From Bacilli bacterium (GTDB lineage: Bacteria > Bacillota_I > Bacilli_A > RFN20 > CAG-826), in the NCBI GenBank assembly GCA_045628045.1, contig JAZQOV010000003.1, positions 57,495 to 121,494 on the forward strand: a DNA stretch of 64,000 nt. Reading direction: 5' to 3'. Both the position numbers and the translations under genes were made by a program. How positions within the stretch are numbered: position 1 is the stretch's first letter; each line of letters begins with the position of its first letter. Under the pieces are notes generated by a model, which had not been told where the DNA came from, searched no databases, and was given only the letters and a program-made list of their open reading frames with translations. This document shows, in pieces, positions 1 through 9,927 of this stretch.

Positions 1-1856
1 GGTTGAAGACCAGCAGTTTTAGCAAATTTATTAAAACCAACAATATCTCTAACTTTGTTATCCTTAAATAGGTTATAACGTCTTTCCATTTCTGAAACGA
101 GTTTGTTAAAGGCAACAAGCACCTTTTTCATATCAGAAATGACTGGACATAAAAGATGTGGAATATCATCATAATAATTCATTTCAACCTTCTTTGGGTC
201 AACCATGATGAACTTAAGTTCATCTGGTCTATTTCTCATAAGAAGAGTAATGATGACTGAGTGAACAAATATTGATTTACCTGAACCAGTAGTACCAGCG
301 ATAAGCATGTGTGGGAAATCAACTAACTTAGCATGCTGTAAATCGCCCGAAATGTCTTTGCCAAAAGGAATTTCAAGTCTATTTTCTTCACCTTTTGGAA
401 GTTCTTCCACAACTTCACGAAGGTAAACATTAGTTCTTATTTCGTTTGTAACTTCAAGACCAGAGGTAGATTTACCTGTAACAATAGGAACAAAACGTAC
501 TGCAGCACCATTTAATCTTAATGATATATCAGTGATATATTTTTGAATTACAGTAACTGTCGAGTTAGCATTTGTTTCAACATCAAATCTTGTAACAGAA
601 GGTCCAACAACGTAAGAAACAACTTCGGCACCAATGCCTAAATTTCTAAATGTTGTGTTTATTGTTTCAACTCTTTGCTTACAAGATTCATCGATTGATG
701 CTTGATCAACATTTGATTCATTAAGGTCTAATAAATCAATACTTGGATAAATATAGTTCTTAAGAATATTAGCTTTTGGTTGAGGTCTATTCTCGTAAGG
801 AATGCTTTCAAGCGGATCTTTTTCAATAACAGGAGGTTCATCTTCTTTTATTGGTTCTGAAATTTCTGGTTGTACTTCTACCCTTTCCATTTCTGGTTCA
901 TGATAGACTTCTTCAGAAGTATTTTCTTCACTTATAATACTTTCAGTATTATTAATAGGTTCTTTTTCCTCAATAATTTCTTCTTCAAAATCAGGTTTTG
1001 TAAACGAATTTTCATTTGTCTCTTCAGAAGTATTTTCTTCTCCTTTTAAAACAAAGTGAGCCTTCTTTAAATCGTATTCATTATTAATTGGCGCGCTGGT
1101 GTGGAAGGACTCGAAAATAGGACGATTATCATACACAGGAGTTTCTTCTTTTTCTTCAACTACAGGAGCAGGAGTTTCCTCAACTGCAGCTTGAGGCTGA
1201 GCTTCCATGGTTTCAATTTTTACTTCTTTGAAAACATCGTCATCACCATCTCGTTTTTTCTTGAAAAGTTTCCCAATATGGAAAACTTGAGCATTAAACA
1301 CCATAACCATCCCACCAAGAAAGAACAACCAACACACAATGTTGAGTCCAACAGGTGAAATCGCACTATTAAGTGCGCCAGCAAAAAGAAAGCCAACTTT
1401 ACCACCACCAAGTTTAATGCTTGGACCAAAGCTTGCATTTGTTTCTTTAGCAACAATATCAAACACTTCCATTGAGTTGGAGAATGTTAAATATTTAGCA
1501 GTCCCTTCTTCTGTTGTGCCTTTTCCAACAATTTCCAAACCATTAATGGTTGTTCCTATTGAGGACCAATGCGAACATAAGATAAGTAAACACAAAATTA
1601 TTATGACAAGTCCCCACATGGTAACGCCCATTTTTAATTTAATTAAGCGTTTTCGGAAAATTAAGTAAAAACCTATAATTACAAAGTAAGGCATTATTAC
1701 CCAGAATCCAACAAAACCAAATGAGTGTGTTATTGCAGTCATAAGGAAACTAAATGGAGTTCCATTTGAGAATAAAACAACAAGCGGGAAAAGGATGGAA
1801 CAAATTCCACCAATGAATGATATTGAATTTTTCGTAATTCTGTATTTCTCGTTCAT
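1..1856 (-). CDS. ftsK: DNA translocase FtsK/SpoIIIE (partial; C-terminal motor domain continues past the window edge)
   Basis: Minus-strand translation from ATG at 1856 gives an N-terminal TM region, an acidic Pro/Glu-rich linker, and a motor domain with Walker A GTTGSGKS. The ORF runs off position 1. Confidence 0.9.
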   Translation of the reverse strand, partial: MNEKYRITKNSISFIGGICSILFPLVVLFSNGTPFSFLMTAITHSFGFVGFWVIMPYFVIIGFYLIFRKRLIKLKMGVTMWGLVIIILCLLILCSHWSSIGTTINGLEIVGKGTTEEGTAKYLTFSNSMEVFDIVAKETNASFGPSIKLGGGKVGFLFAGALNSAISPVGLNIVCWLFFLGGMVMVFNAQVFHIGKLFKKKRDGDDDVFKEVKIETMEAQPQAAVEETPAPVVEEKEETPVYDNRPIFESFHTSAPINNEYDLKKAHFVLKGEENTSEETNENSFTKPDFEEEIIEEKEPINNTESIISEENTSEEVYHEPEMERVEVQPEISEPIKEDEPPVIEKDPLESIPYENRPQPKANILKNYIYPSIDLLDLNESNVDQASIDESCKQRVETINTTFRNLGIGAEVVSYVVGPSVTRFDVETNANSTVTVIQKYITDISLRLNGAAVRFVPIVTGKSTSGLEVTNEIRTNVYLREVVEELPKGEENRLEIPFGKDISGDLQHAKLVDFPHMLIAGTTGSGKSIFVHSVIITLLMRNRPDELKFIMVDPKKVEMNYYDDIPHLLCPVISDMKKVLVAFNKLVSEMERRYNLFKDNKVRDIVGFNKFAKTAGLQ

Positions 1857-1897
1857 ATTTTTGTTATTTTATCATAATAAATAAATTAATACAAGTG

Positions 1898-3568
1898 TTA
1901 ATTTATTTCTACAATTATTGGAATAATTACTGGAGACTTATTAATAGCTCTTTTAATTGCCTTGAAACAAATGTCTTTTGTGGTTTGTTCCATATAAGCA
2001 ATTGAGTAATTCTCTTTAGCGAGTTCGTTGTTTATAGATGTGACAAATAAACGTGTGATTTCACGAATAAGTCCTTCGTTATCCTTAAGGAAAACAAGGC
2101 CTCGTGCTTGAACATCTGGTCCAGCAACGATTTCGTGCTTGCTTTTCGAAATGGTCAAACCTAAAACAACAACGCCTTCGTCAGATAGTTTATTTCTTTC
2201 TTCCAAAACTTCGGACCTAACATCACCAATACCTTTGCCATCAACAAAAACATCTCCGGCAACAACTTTATTAGGTAAAAGTTTTCCAAATCCTGCTTCA
2301 AATTCGATAATATTACCATTATCAACAATGAATACATTGTTGTGATTAAGGCCAATATTCATATTAAGTGCAACCATAGCACAAGCCAAGAGCTTAACAA
2401 ATTGAGCTGTAACCGGAACTAAATATTTAGGCTTAAACATTGCGATTAAATATTTAATATCTTCTTCGCAAGCATGCATTCTGGAATATTGTTTTCCTGG
2501 CTTAATAATGTTACATCCGGTTTTATATAATTCGTTGATTGTGTCTGTAGCAATAGTCTCAATTTCTTGAGTTATATGGCTTCCATAAATAAATGTGTCA
2601 GAGTCTTTAATAAAGACAATCTTTTCATCATTTTTTCTACTTGCTAAAAGTGAAATCTTTAGATTTAACTTTTTAGCGAATCCTGTCATAAAAATCAAAA
2701 CTTCTCTTGGTCTTAAACGATTTACATCTTCGATTGTTGCTAAAGAGTCATTTTTAATATTTAAAAATCCTTCAGAGTTTAATGTATTTACAAGTTCAGA
2801 TGAATTTTCATCATAACAAATAATTTTTCTCCCATTTTCAACTGCAGTATTTAAACATTGGATAACGTTAAATAAATTTAATTGGTCTACTGCAAGGAAA
2901 ATGCGGCCTTCTTTTTCAAAGACATCAGGATTTAGAATTTTAAGTAATGAATAGTTTGGAGAACAATATCCAGTCTTATCAGCATTTAATGCATCAAGTA
3001 ATAAGACTAGAGTCTTCTTTTCACAAACTTTTGCGATTTTTTGCTTATCGAAAACGAATCCTTTTTCAAAGTCGTTATGCGCAACAGCGTTTGAAATATA
3101 AACAATATTTCCTTGATCAGTATCAATTGAAATTCCAACTGACTCAGCGAAATTAGAAGTAACTCCAAAGAAAGAAATTTTTCTATTTGCTAAAAGCAAA
3201 TCTTCATCAGTTTTAACAATTGTAATTGGTAATTTTTCATAATTAAGTTTGTTATGAACACAAAATCCTTTTAAAAAGTCATTCGTTACTCTTGTGCAAT
3301 AAATTGGAGCCGGAACCTTTTCATAAATGAAAGGAAGTGCACCAAAGACTGAATCAAAACCATGAGTGAGAAAATAACCTTTAACTTTTTCCTTGTTTGC
3401 TAAAAGATAATCATAACGAGGAATGATAAAATCAATTCCTGGATTTGTTTTATCAGGAGTTTTAAAACCAGCACCGATAACAAAAATATCGTTGTTGATT
3501 TCAATGGCGCACATATTTTTGTAAAGTTCATCTTGTCCGCCTAGAAAAATAAGTTTAATTTTATCCAT
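1898..3568 (-). CDS. rnjB: RNase J family metallo-beta-lactamase/beta-CASP protein with degenerate catalytic motifs (RNase J2-like paralog)
   Basis: The 556-aa protein aligns along its length with B. subtilis RNase J1. The HGHEDH motif reads THGFDS, and further His ligands are substituted (TTHS to TSNF). It lies upstream of ftsK, as rnjB does upstream of spoIIIE in Bacillus. Confidence 0.75.
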   Translation of the reverse strand: MDKIKLIFLGGQDELYKNMCAIEINNDIFVIGAGFKTPDKTNPGIDFIIPRYDYLLANKEKVKGYFLTHGFDSVFGALPFIYEKVPAPIYCTRVTNDFLKGFCVHNKLNYEKLPITIVKTDEDLLLANRKISFFGVTSNFAESVGISIDTDQGNIVYISNAVAHNDFEKGFVFDKQKIAKVCEKKTLVLLLDALNADKTGYCSPNYSLLKILNPDVFEKEGRIFLAVDQLNLFNVIQCLNTAVENGRKIICYDENSSELVNTLNSEGFLNIKNDSLATIEDVNRLRPREVLIFMTGFAKKLNLKISLLASRKNDEKIVFIKDSDTFIYGSHITQEIETIATDTINELYKTGCNIIKPGKQYSRMHACEEDIKYLIAMFKPKYLVPVTAQFVKLLACAMVALNMNIGLNHNNVFIVDNGNIIEFEAGFGKLLPNKVVAGDVFVDGKGIGDVRSEVLEERNKLSDEGVVVLGLTISKSKHEIVAGPDVQARGLVFLKDNEGLIREITRLFVTSINNELAKENYSIAYMEQTTKDICFKAIKRAINKSPVIIPIIVEIN

Positions 3569-3573
3569 ATTTT

Positions 3574-3921
3574 CTACCTATCTACATTCTTTGTTGAAAT
3601 AATGTTTACATTAGTTCCTAGAATGTTCTTAATTATAATATCACCAATCTTGATTGGTGAACTAACTTCTATTTTCTTAATTTCTTCCATTGCTTTAGAA
3701 ATTAATTCCTTTGGAATAGGACCACTAGTTTTAACAGGAAGTCTAGTTTCAACTTTTGATTTAATTCTGACAGTCGAGGTGAGCATTCTTACAGGGTGTG
3801 TTACTTCTGCTTTTGCATACATTTCGCCTCTAGGACACGTATTTCCTGTAACGACTAAATTCTCATCAATTACCAAATGACATCCACGTGGACAAGTTAT
3901 ACAAATGAGTTCTTTTTTCAT
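3574..3921 (-). CDS. DUF1667-like small CxxC protein, third member of the GlpA-like oxidoreductase trio
   Basis: 115 aa with CITCPRGC...CPRGE motifs. It is translationally coupled to the upstream oxidoreductase (4-nt overlap). Confidence 0.55.
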   Translation of the reverse strand: MKKELICITCPRGCHLVIDENLVVTGNTCPRGEMYAKAEVTHPVRMLTSTVRIKSKVETRLPVKTSGPIPKELISKAMEEIKKIEVSSPIKIGDIIIKNILGTNVNIISTKNVDR

Positions 3922-5174
3922 TTTCTTTCCTCCACGTAAACTTTAATTTCGTTACCATTTTTTATAAAAAGATCTTTTGAAACGTTAACAATTTCCATCT
4001 CACTAGGAACGATTGCTGGTTTAAAGATTTTCTTAATAATATTATTGCTTTTAGCAATAATTATATTAATATCTTTCATTGGTTTAGCGACTCTAAACTT
4101 GAAAGAACAACTGTCTTTAACATCATCAATAAATAATTTTTGAGGAACAACATAGTTAATTCCTAATCCGGGATTAACATCATAAACGTGACCTGTGTGC
4201 TTGAGTTCGCCTTTGAGGTAACTAATCGCACCAACAGCCGCTTCTCTAGCTTCTTCTACTACGTAGTCGACTAAATCATGCACATGCAAAACGTTTCCGG
4301 CAGAGAAAATACCAGGAATATCTGTTTCCATTGCTTGATTAACTTTTGCTCCTCTAGTTTTTGAAAAACTAAGTGGTAATTTGTTAAATAAATCAACATT
4401 CGGAAGTAAACCAACTGACAAAAGTAAAGCATCACATTCAAATTCTATTTCGGTTCCTGGAATAAAATTCATTTTGTCATCTACTTTTGCGATAACAACC
4501 TTTTCAAGGTGAGAGTCTCCAATAACCTTCTTAACAGTGTGACTTAAATATAAAGGAATATTGAAGTCTTGAAGACATTGGACGATGTTTCTATTTAATC
4601 CTGCTGAATAAGGCATTAGCTCAGCTACACCAAGAACTTTTGCACCTTCAAGTGTCATTCTTCGTGCCATAATTAAGCCAATATCGCCTGATCCAAGTAT
4701 GAATACTTTTTTACCTACTAGATAACCATAACAATTGGCATAAAGTTGAGCTTGCCCAGCTGTATAAATACCAGATGGTCTATCACCTGGAATTTGAATA
4801 GCTCCAGCGTTTCTTTCATAACATCCAGTGGTAAGAATAATAGCGTCTGCTTTAACTTCCACTAAACCTTCTTCTCTATTAGAATAAGTAACGACTTTGT
4901 CGTCACTTATTGATAAGACATTTGATTCAAGTTTGTATTCAATTTTTAACTCTTTTACTTTGTCCGAAAACCTGGTCATAAACTCAGGTCCTGTGAGTTC
5001 TTCTTTGAATTCATGTAGGCCAAAACCATTATGAATACATTGATTTAAGATTCCACCAAGGTAAGCGTTTTTCTCAATAATTAAAATATCTCGTTCACCG
5101 AGTTCATAAGCCTTTATGGCTGCTGCCATTCCTGCGGAGCCACCACCGATAATAACTAAACGTTTATTTATCAT
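3918..5174 (-). CDS. NAD(P)/FAD-dependent pyridine nucleotide-disulfide family oxidoreductase
   Basis: N-terminal GGGSAG dinucleotide fold and a second GSGDIG Rossmann motif; 418 aa. Confidence 0.7.
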   Translation of the reverse strand: MINKRLVIIGGGSAGMAAAIKAYELGERDILIIEKNAYLGGILNQCIHNGFGLHEFKEELTGPEFMTRFSDKVKELKIEYKLESNVLSISDDKVVTYSNREEGLVEVKADAIILTTGCYERNAGAIQIPGDRPSGIYTAGQAQLYANCYGYLVGKKVFILGSGDIGLIMARRMTLEGAKVLGVAELMPYSAGLNRNIVQCLQDFNIPLYLSHTVKKVIGDSHLEKVVIAKVDDKMNFIPGTEIEFECDALLLSVGLLPNVDLFNKLPLSFSKTRGAKVNQAMETDIPGIFSAGNVLHVHDLVDYVVEEAREAAVGAISYLKGELKHTGHVYDVNPGLGINYVVPQKLFIDDVKDSCSFKFRVAKPMKDINIIIAKSNNIIKKIFKPAIVPSEMEIVNVSKDLFIKNGNEIKVYVEERK

Positions 5175-6612
5175 CGTGTTCTCCTTTTATTTCATAAGGC
5201 ATAACGAATGAACCAGTTTTTTGAAACATAACTTTGTTAAGTGGAATATTAAATTTCTCTGAAATTATTTTTGCAACAAGAGGTTGGCAGAATCCACCTT
5301 GGCATTTGCCAAATCCTGCTCTTGTACGTTTTTTAATAGCTTTAATTGTCTTTGGAGGAACACTAGTGTTCATCTCAAAAAGAATTTCACCTAAAGAAAT
5401 CTTTTCACAATTGCAAATTATTTGGCCATAATCAGGATTTGCTTTAATAAAAGCATTTCTTTTCTTTAAACTCATTTCGTGAATATTTGGACGTTTTTTA
5501 ACGTATGGATTGAAGTATGGATTTTCTTTTAAATCTATAACTTTTGATACAAATTCATCAACAACGTATTCTGCTATAGCAGGAGAGGAAACTAAACCTG
5601 GAGATTCAATTCCAGAAAGGTTAATGAAATGGTTATCGCTTTTAGCGAATCCAATAATAAAATCATGAGTACTTGGAGTTGGTCTAGTTCCAGCGAAAGT
5701 ACGAATAACTTGATTAAATGGTATCTGTGGTACCATTTCTAATGCTTGTCTCTTGATTGTATCAAGAGTAGGTTTATCTGTTGAAACATCATCTTTAGAT
5801 GGCATGGCTTCAGCAGATGGACCCACAAGATAAGTTCCTCCAATGCTTGGAGAAACCAAAATTCCTTTCCCTTTTTCACTTGGAAGAGGGAATATTGTGT
5901 GTTTCACAAGATCATCTGTGTAATGATCCAAAATGAAATATTCGCCTTTTCTAGGCGATAAAGAATAATCAATAGGCTCCACCATTTTGTGGATTTCATC
6001 TGAATAAATACCTGCTGCATTAATAATAATTTTTGTTTCGTAAGTATTTCCAGACTCACAAATAATGTTATAGAAACCGTTGTTTTTCTTAATAAAAACA
6101 ACCTTCTCTTCTAAGAAGAGCTTAACTCCATTATCAACAGCGTTTTCTATAGCATGAACCGATAAAGTGAAGGGATTCACAATTCCTGCACTAGGTGCGA
6201 AAAGTGATCCCTTCACATTAGGATTTAAATGTGGTTCAGTTTTTAAAGTTTCTGCGGCATTAAGTATTTTTACTTCAACACCGTTTTTAGCACTTCTTTC
6301 TGCTAATTCCTTTAGTAAAGGAAGTTGTTCATCATAAAGTGCTACAGTCAAAGAACCAATACGTTTCATTTCAACATCAAGTTCTTCACAAAGCTTGTCC
6401 ATCATTTTATTTCCTAAAACATTAAATTTTGCTTTAAGCGTTCCAGGAACAGGATCATAACCTGAGTGAATAATGGCAGAATTTGCCATAGTAGTGACGT
6501 TTCCAACGTCAGGTTCTTTTTCTAAGACTGCTATTCGTAATTGGTAGCGTGAAAGTTTGCGCGCTACAAGCGAGCCAACAATGCCAGCCCCAATTACGAT
6601 AACATCAAACAT
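5164..6612 (-). CDS. FAD-dependent glycerol-3-phosphate dehydrogenase/oxidase-like protein with C-terminal BFD-like [2Fe-2S] domain
   Basis: N-terminal VIVIGAGIVGS FAD fold and a C-terminal CNCEK...CQGGFC cysteine pattern. Its stop overlaps the next gene's start. Confidence 0.7.
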   Translation of the reverse strand: MFDVIVIGAGIVGSLVARKLSRYQLRIAVLEKEPDVGNVTTMANSAIIHSGYDPVPGTLKAKFNVLGNKMMDKLCEELDVEMKRIGSLTVALYDEQLPLLKELAERSAKNGVEVKILNAAETLKTEPHLNPNVKGSLFAPSAGIVNPFTLSVHAIENAVDNGVKLFLEEKVVFIKKNNGFYNIICESGNTYETKIIINAAGIYSDEIHKMVEPIDYSLSPRKGEYFILDHYTDDLVKHTIFPLPSEKGKGILVSPSIGGTYLVGPSAEAMPSKDDVSTDKPTLDTIKRQALEMVPQIPFNQVIRTFAGTRPTPSTHDFIIGFAKSDNHFINLSGIESPGLVSSPAIAEYVVDEFVSKVIDLKENPYFNPYVKKRPNIHEMSLKKRNAFIKANPDYGQIICNCEKISLGEILFEMNTSVPPKTIKAIKKRTRAGFGKCQGGFCQPLVAKIISEKFNIPLNKVMFQKTGSFVMPYEIKGEHDDK

Positions 6613-6628
6613 AAATGTTTAAATTAAA

Positions 6629-8794
6629 TTATTTTCTATGACCTTTTTTTGCAGGTTTCTTATTTTCGATTGGTTTTTCAATAAATCCTGCTGGTTTTTC
6701 AATGAATTCTCTATGAGAAACTTTGACTTTACCATGGTCGTCAATTTCGCAGACGCGAACTTTTAAGACATCACCAACTTTGACTTTGTCACTTGCTTTT
6801 GCAACGTAACCCCAGTCAAGTCTTGAGACGTGACATAAACCTTCACAGCTACCAAATAATTTTACGAATGCACCATAGTCTTCGACTCTGGTGACTTCAC
6901 CTTCGTAAACTTCACCAACTTTTGCTTCACGAACGATATTTTCAATCATTGATTTAGCTTTGTTGATCATTTCACGGTTCATGTGATAAATGACAACGTG
7001 TCCATCATCATCGATATCGATTTGGACATTGTCACATTGAGCAATAATGTCATTAATGACTTTTCCGCCAGTACCAATAACTTCACGAATCTTGTCTACT
7101 GGAACTTGCATCTTATCAAGTTTTGGTGCAAACTCAGAAACATCTGCTCTTGGTTCAGCAATGGCTTTTGCCATAACTTCACGGATTTGAGCACGTGCTT
7201 TATTAGCTTGTTCTAATGCTTCAGCTAAAACTTCTCTTGTAACACCAGCGATTTTGATATCCATTTGAAGTGCGGTAATACCTTTTGCAGTACCTGCAAC
7301 TTTGAAGTCCATATCACCGAAGTGGTCTTCAAGACCTTGAATATCGGTAAGGATTGTGTATGGATTCTTTCTTAAATCGCCATCAGAAATAAGACCCATA
7401 GCAATACCAGAAACAATTCCTTTAATTGGAACGCCTGCTGCCATAAGTGACATACAACCTGCGCAAATTGATGCTTGTGATGATGAACCGTTTGATTCAA
7501 CAACTTCAGCAACTGTACGAATTGTGTATGGGAATTCTTCTTCACTTGGAATAACTTGAGCTAATGCTCTTTCAACAAGAGCACCGTGACCAACTTCACG
7601 ACGTGCTAAGACACCAATTTTTCCGGTTCCACCAACACACCATTGTGGGAAGTTATAGTGATGAATAAAGCGTTTTTCTGTTTCAGCTGTTAATTCATCT
7701 AAGACTTGTTTGTCGCTTAAAGGACCAAGTGTTGTAGCAGAAATGACTTGTGTTTGACCACGAGTGAACATGGCTGAACCATGGACTCTACGACCTAAAA
7801 GGTCGACTTGTGCATCAAGTGGACGAACTTCGTCTGTCTTACGGCCATCTGGTCTGACTTTATCTTCGATAATAAGTCTTCTGACTTCTTTATGAACAAG
7901 GTCTTCTTGAATGTTATGAACTTGTTGAACAGTTTTTGCGTCTGCACCGTTTGCAACATATTCTTCTTCAATAGCCTTTTCAACTTTTTCAATATTTGCT
8001 TCTCTTTCGAGTTTGTCTTTTGTTGAGACAGCTTTGCGTAAATCTTTGTCTGCCTTTGCTTGGACTTCTTTGTATAAGTCTTCTGGCATGACTTTAAATT
8101 CAATGTTTTTGTTCTTTTCAACACCAATAGCTTTGATAATCTTCTTTTGGAATTTGCAAAGTTTCTTGACTGCTTCGTGACCAAACATTAAGGCATCAAG
8201 CATATCTTCTTCGCTAACTTCGTGAGCACCAGCTTCAACCATGTTGATAGCATCTTCGGTACCAGCGACACAAAGATCAATATCTGAAACTTTCTTTTGT
8301 TCTACTGTTGGGTTAATAACAAATTTACCATTAACTCTACCAACGTAGACACCTGCAATAGGACCATTAAATGGAACGTCTGAGATACATACACAAAGTG
8401 ATGAACCTAACATTGCAGTAATCTCTGGAGAATTATCGTAATCAGCAGCCATTACTTGTGAAACGACTTGAACTTCATTACGGAATCCTTCAGGGAAAAG
8501 TGGACGCATTGTACGGTCGGTAATTCTACTTGCAAGAATTGCATGGTAGCTTGGGCGACCTTCACGTCTTAAGAATCCGCCAGGAATTTTTCCTGCAGCG
8601 TACATTCTTTCTTGGTATTCAACTGAGAGTGGGAAGAAGTCCCAATCAACAGTGTGTTGTGACATTGTGACGTTACTTAAAACAACAGTGTCACCATAAC
8701 GAACCAAGACTGCCGCTTTTGTTTGTTTACCGATTTCACCGGCTTCAACAACAATCTTACGGCCTTCGAAATTTAATTCGAATACATTTTTCAT
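6629..8794 (-). CDS. pnp: Polyribonucleotide nucleotidyltransferase (PNPase)
   Basis: RNase PH domains, KH and S1 domains, about 722 aa. The start is set at ATG 8794 (MKNVFELNFEGRK), which has an AAAGGAG RBS. The longer ORF in the track (to 8905) would read through the upstream hairpin. Confidence 0.9.
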   Translation of the reverse strand: MKNVFELNFEGRKIVVEAGEIGKQTKAAVLVRYGDTVVLSNVTMSQHTVDWDFFPLSVEYQERMYAAGKIPGGFLRREGRPSYHAILASRITDRTMRPLFPEGFRNEVQVVSQVMAADYDNSPEITAMLGSSLCVCISDVPFNGPIAGVYVGRVNGKFVINPTVEQKKVSDIDLCVAGTEDAINMVEAGAHEVSEEDMLDALMFGHEAVKKLCKFQKKIIKAIGVEKNKNIEFKVMPEDLYKEVQAKADKDLRKAVSTKDKLEREANIEKVEKAIEEEYVANGADAKTVQQVHNIQEDLVHKEVRRLIIEDKVRPDGRKTDEVRPLDAQVDLLGRRVHGSAMFTRGQTQVISATTLGPLSDKQVLDELTAETEKRFIHHYNFPQWCVGGTGKIGVLARREVGHGALVERALAQVIPSEEEFPYTIRTVAEVVESNGSSSQASICAGCMSLMAAGVPIKGIVSGIAMGLISDGDLRKNPYTILTDIQGLEDHFGDMDFKVAGTAKGITALQMDIKIAGVTREVLAEALEQANKARAQIREVMAKAIAEPRADVSEFAPKLDKMQVPVDKIREVIGTGGKVINDIIAQCDNVQIDIDDDGHVVIYHMNREMINKAKSMIENIVREAKVGEVYEGEVTRVEDYGAFVKLFGSCEGLCHVSRLDWGYVAKASDKVKVGDVLKVRVCEIDDHGKVKVSHREFIEKPAGFIEKPIENKKPAKKGHRK

Positions 8795-8860
8795 TATGTT
8801 CTTTTTCTCCTTTAAATAAACTATAAGTATTTTATCATATAATGATAGGTTAGGTATAAT

Positions 8861-8903
8861 ACTTTTAAAGGTAAAAGAAAGGACCATTACATAGTAATGG
8901 TCC
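8861..8903 (-). terminator. rpsO-pnp intergenic stem-loop (attenuator, terminator or processing hairpin)
   Basis: Perfect 10-bp stem GGACCATTAC/GTAATGGTCC with a 3-nt loop. On the minus strand it is followed by a T-rich stretch, and it lies between the rpsO stop and the pnp start. Confidence 0.6.
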
Positions 8904-8922
8904 ATCTTTATAAGTTAATAAC

Positions 8923-9189
8923 TTATTTACGGATTTTTAATTCACTTAAGAGTTTGACGTATGCATCTCTATCTTTCTTTGAAAGGTAGTTTAAGAATGC
9001 TTTACGTTGTCCAACTAAGATGAATAATCCACGTCTGCCAGAAGCATCTTTTTTGTTGTGTTTAAGATGTTCGCTAAGATCATTAATTTGTGCTGTAAGA
9101 AGAGCGATTTGGACTTGGGCTGAACCTGTGTCTTTTTCGTTCTTGCCATACTTCTTAACAATTTCGGCAGTTCTTTCTTTGGATAACAT
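8923..9189 (-). CDS. rpsO: 30S ribosomal protein S15
   Basis: 88-aa protein with typical S15 sequence (GSAQVQIALLT...HLKHNKKD...RRGL). Confidence 0.95.
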   Translation of the reverse strand: MLSKERTAEIVKKYGKNEKDTGSAQVQIALLTAQINDLSEHLKHNKKDASGRRGLFILVGQRKAFLNYLSKKDRDAYVKLLSELKIRK

Positions 9190-9272
9190 ATTTATCCCTC
9201 CTATAATTAACTTCGCTTAATCCAGGTATAACGTCGGAGTGCTCGTTAAACTTAGAATAAGTTGCGAGTAAT

Positions 9273-9301
9273 ATTATAATGATTTCTTAAATCATTCGCA
9301 A
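9273..9301 (-). promoter_or_regulatory. Putative sigma-A promoter of rpsO (TTGCGA-17-TATAAT) with a palindrome in the spacer
   Basis: The minus-strand sequence reads TTGCGAATGATTTAAGAAATCATTATAAT. The spacer contains an AATGATTT/AAATCATT inverted repeat. The leader downstream ends in a GGAGGG RBS. Confidence 0.4.
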
Positions 9302-9304
9302 TAT

Positions 9305-9343
9305 CAAAAATTGCGAAAGAAAAAGATGGACAATGTCCATCTT
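9305..9343 (-). terminator. Rho-independent terminator after the membrane-protein gene
   Basis: Hairpin AGATGGACA-ATG-TCCATCT followed on the minus strand by TTTTTCTTTCG. Confidence 0.65.
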
Positions 9344-9851
9344 ATTTTTTAACAACAATTTCTGGCATATAGAATTCACAATTGATAAATGGGAATAAAT
9401 ATAAGCCACAACCAATCGCTGATAAGATTCCGATTGGTGAAATTAGAATAATGCCGATTTTTGTGTTTGGAACGACCTCATCGAATGCGAGGAGAAACAT
9501 AAATATAACTAATGCAATTTCAATAACACCACTCGCAAATCCGGTAACAAGAAGACCTTTTCTTGGAGTAAGTCTTTCTTTGTTCATTATGAATGGGAAC
9601 ATTGAATAAACAATGAAGATTGACATAATGAGAACTGCAAGTGCACAGAAGAATAATGCCATTCCAAGGAATGGTTTTTCTTGGAATCCAACAATTCTTA
9701 CAAGTCCTTTAGACATTGGATCTGGATCACCAGCAAAGTGATAAAGGAAGATTGAAACAAGTGCATAAATTGCGGCAACTAATGAAACGATTGATGCTGC
9801 AATTGCTGTAGTTCTGAAATTACTTAGTTTTTTGATTAGTTTATTTAGCAT
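9342..9851 (-). CDS. Hypothetical polytopic membrane protein
   Basis: 169 aa with about 4-5 hydrophobic segments. No recognisable motif. Confidence 0.45.
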   Translation of the reverse strand: MLNKLIKKLSNFRTTAIAASIVSLVAAIYALVSIFLYHFAGDPDPMSKGLVRIVGFQEKPFLGMALFFCALAVLIMSIFIVYSMFPFIMNKERLTPRKGLLVTGFASGVIEIALVIFMFLLAFDEVVPNTKIGIILISPIGILSAIGCGLYLFPFINCEFYMPEIVVKK

Positions 9852-9927
9852 ATTTTTTCTCGATTCTTTTCGTGATTTACATTATATATTAAATTTTAAA
9901 AAATTCAATAAATCCACTAATAAAAAT

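Noticed and set aside
1101-1668. Plus-strand ORFs (85-109 aa) and a 80-aa minus ORF in the first 2 kb
   Set aside because: They lie antisense to, or out of frame with, the long FtsK reading frame, have low-complexity translations and no RBS. They are overlap artefacts.
7795-8184. 129-aa lysine-rich ORF inside pnp
   Set aside because: It sits in a different frame within a conserved gene and is an AT-rich frame artefact.
8795-8905. The 37-codon N-terminal extension of the pnp ORF in the track (758 aa)
   Set aside because: The extension reads through the rpsO-pnp hairpin and lacks an RBS. An internal ATG at 8794 has AAAGGAG and gives a canonical PNPase N-terminus.
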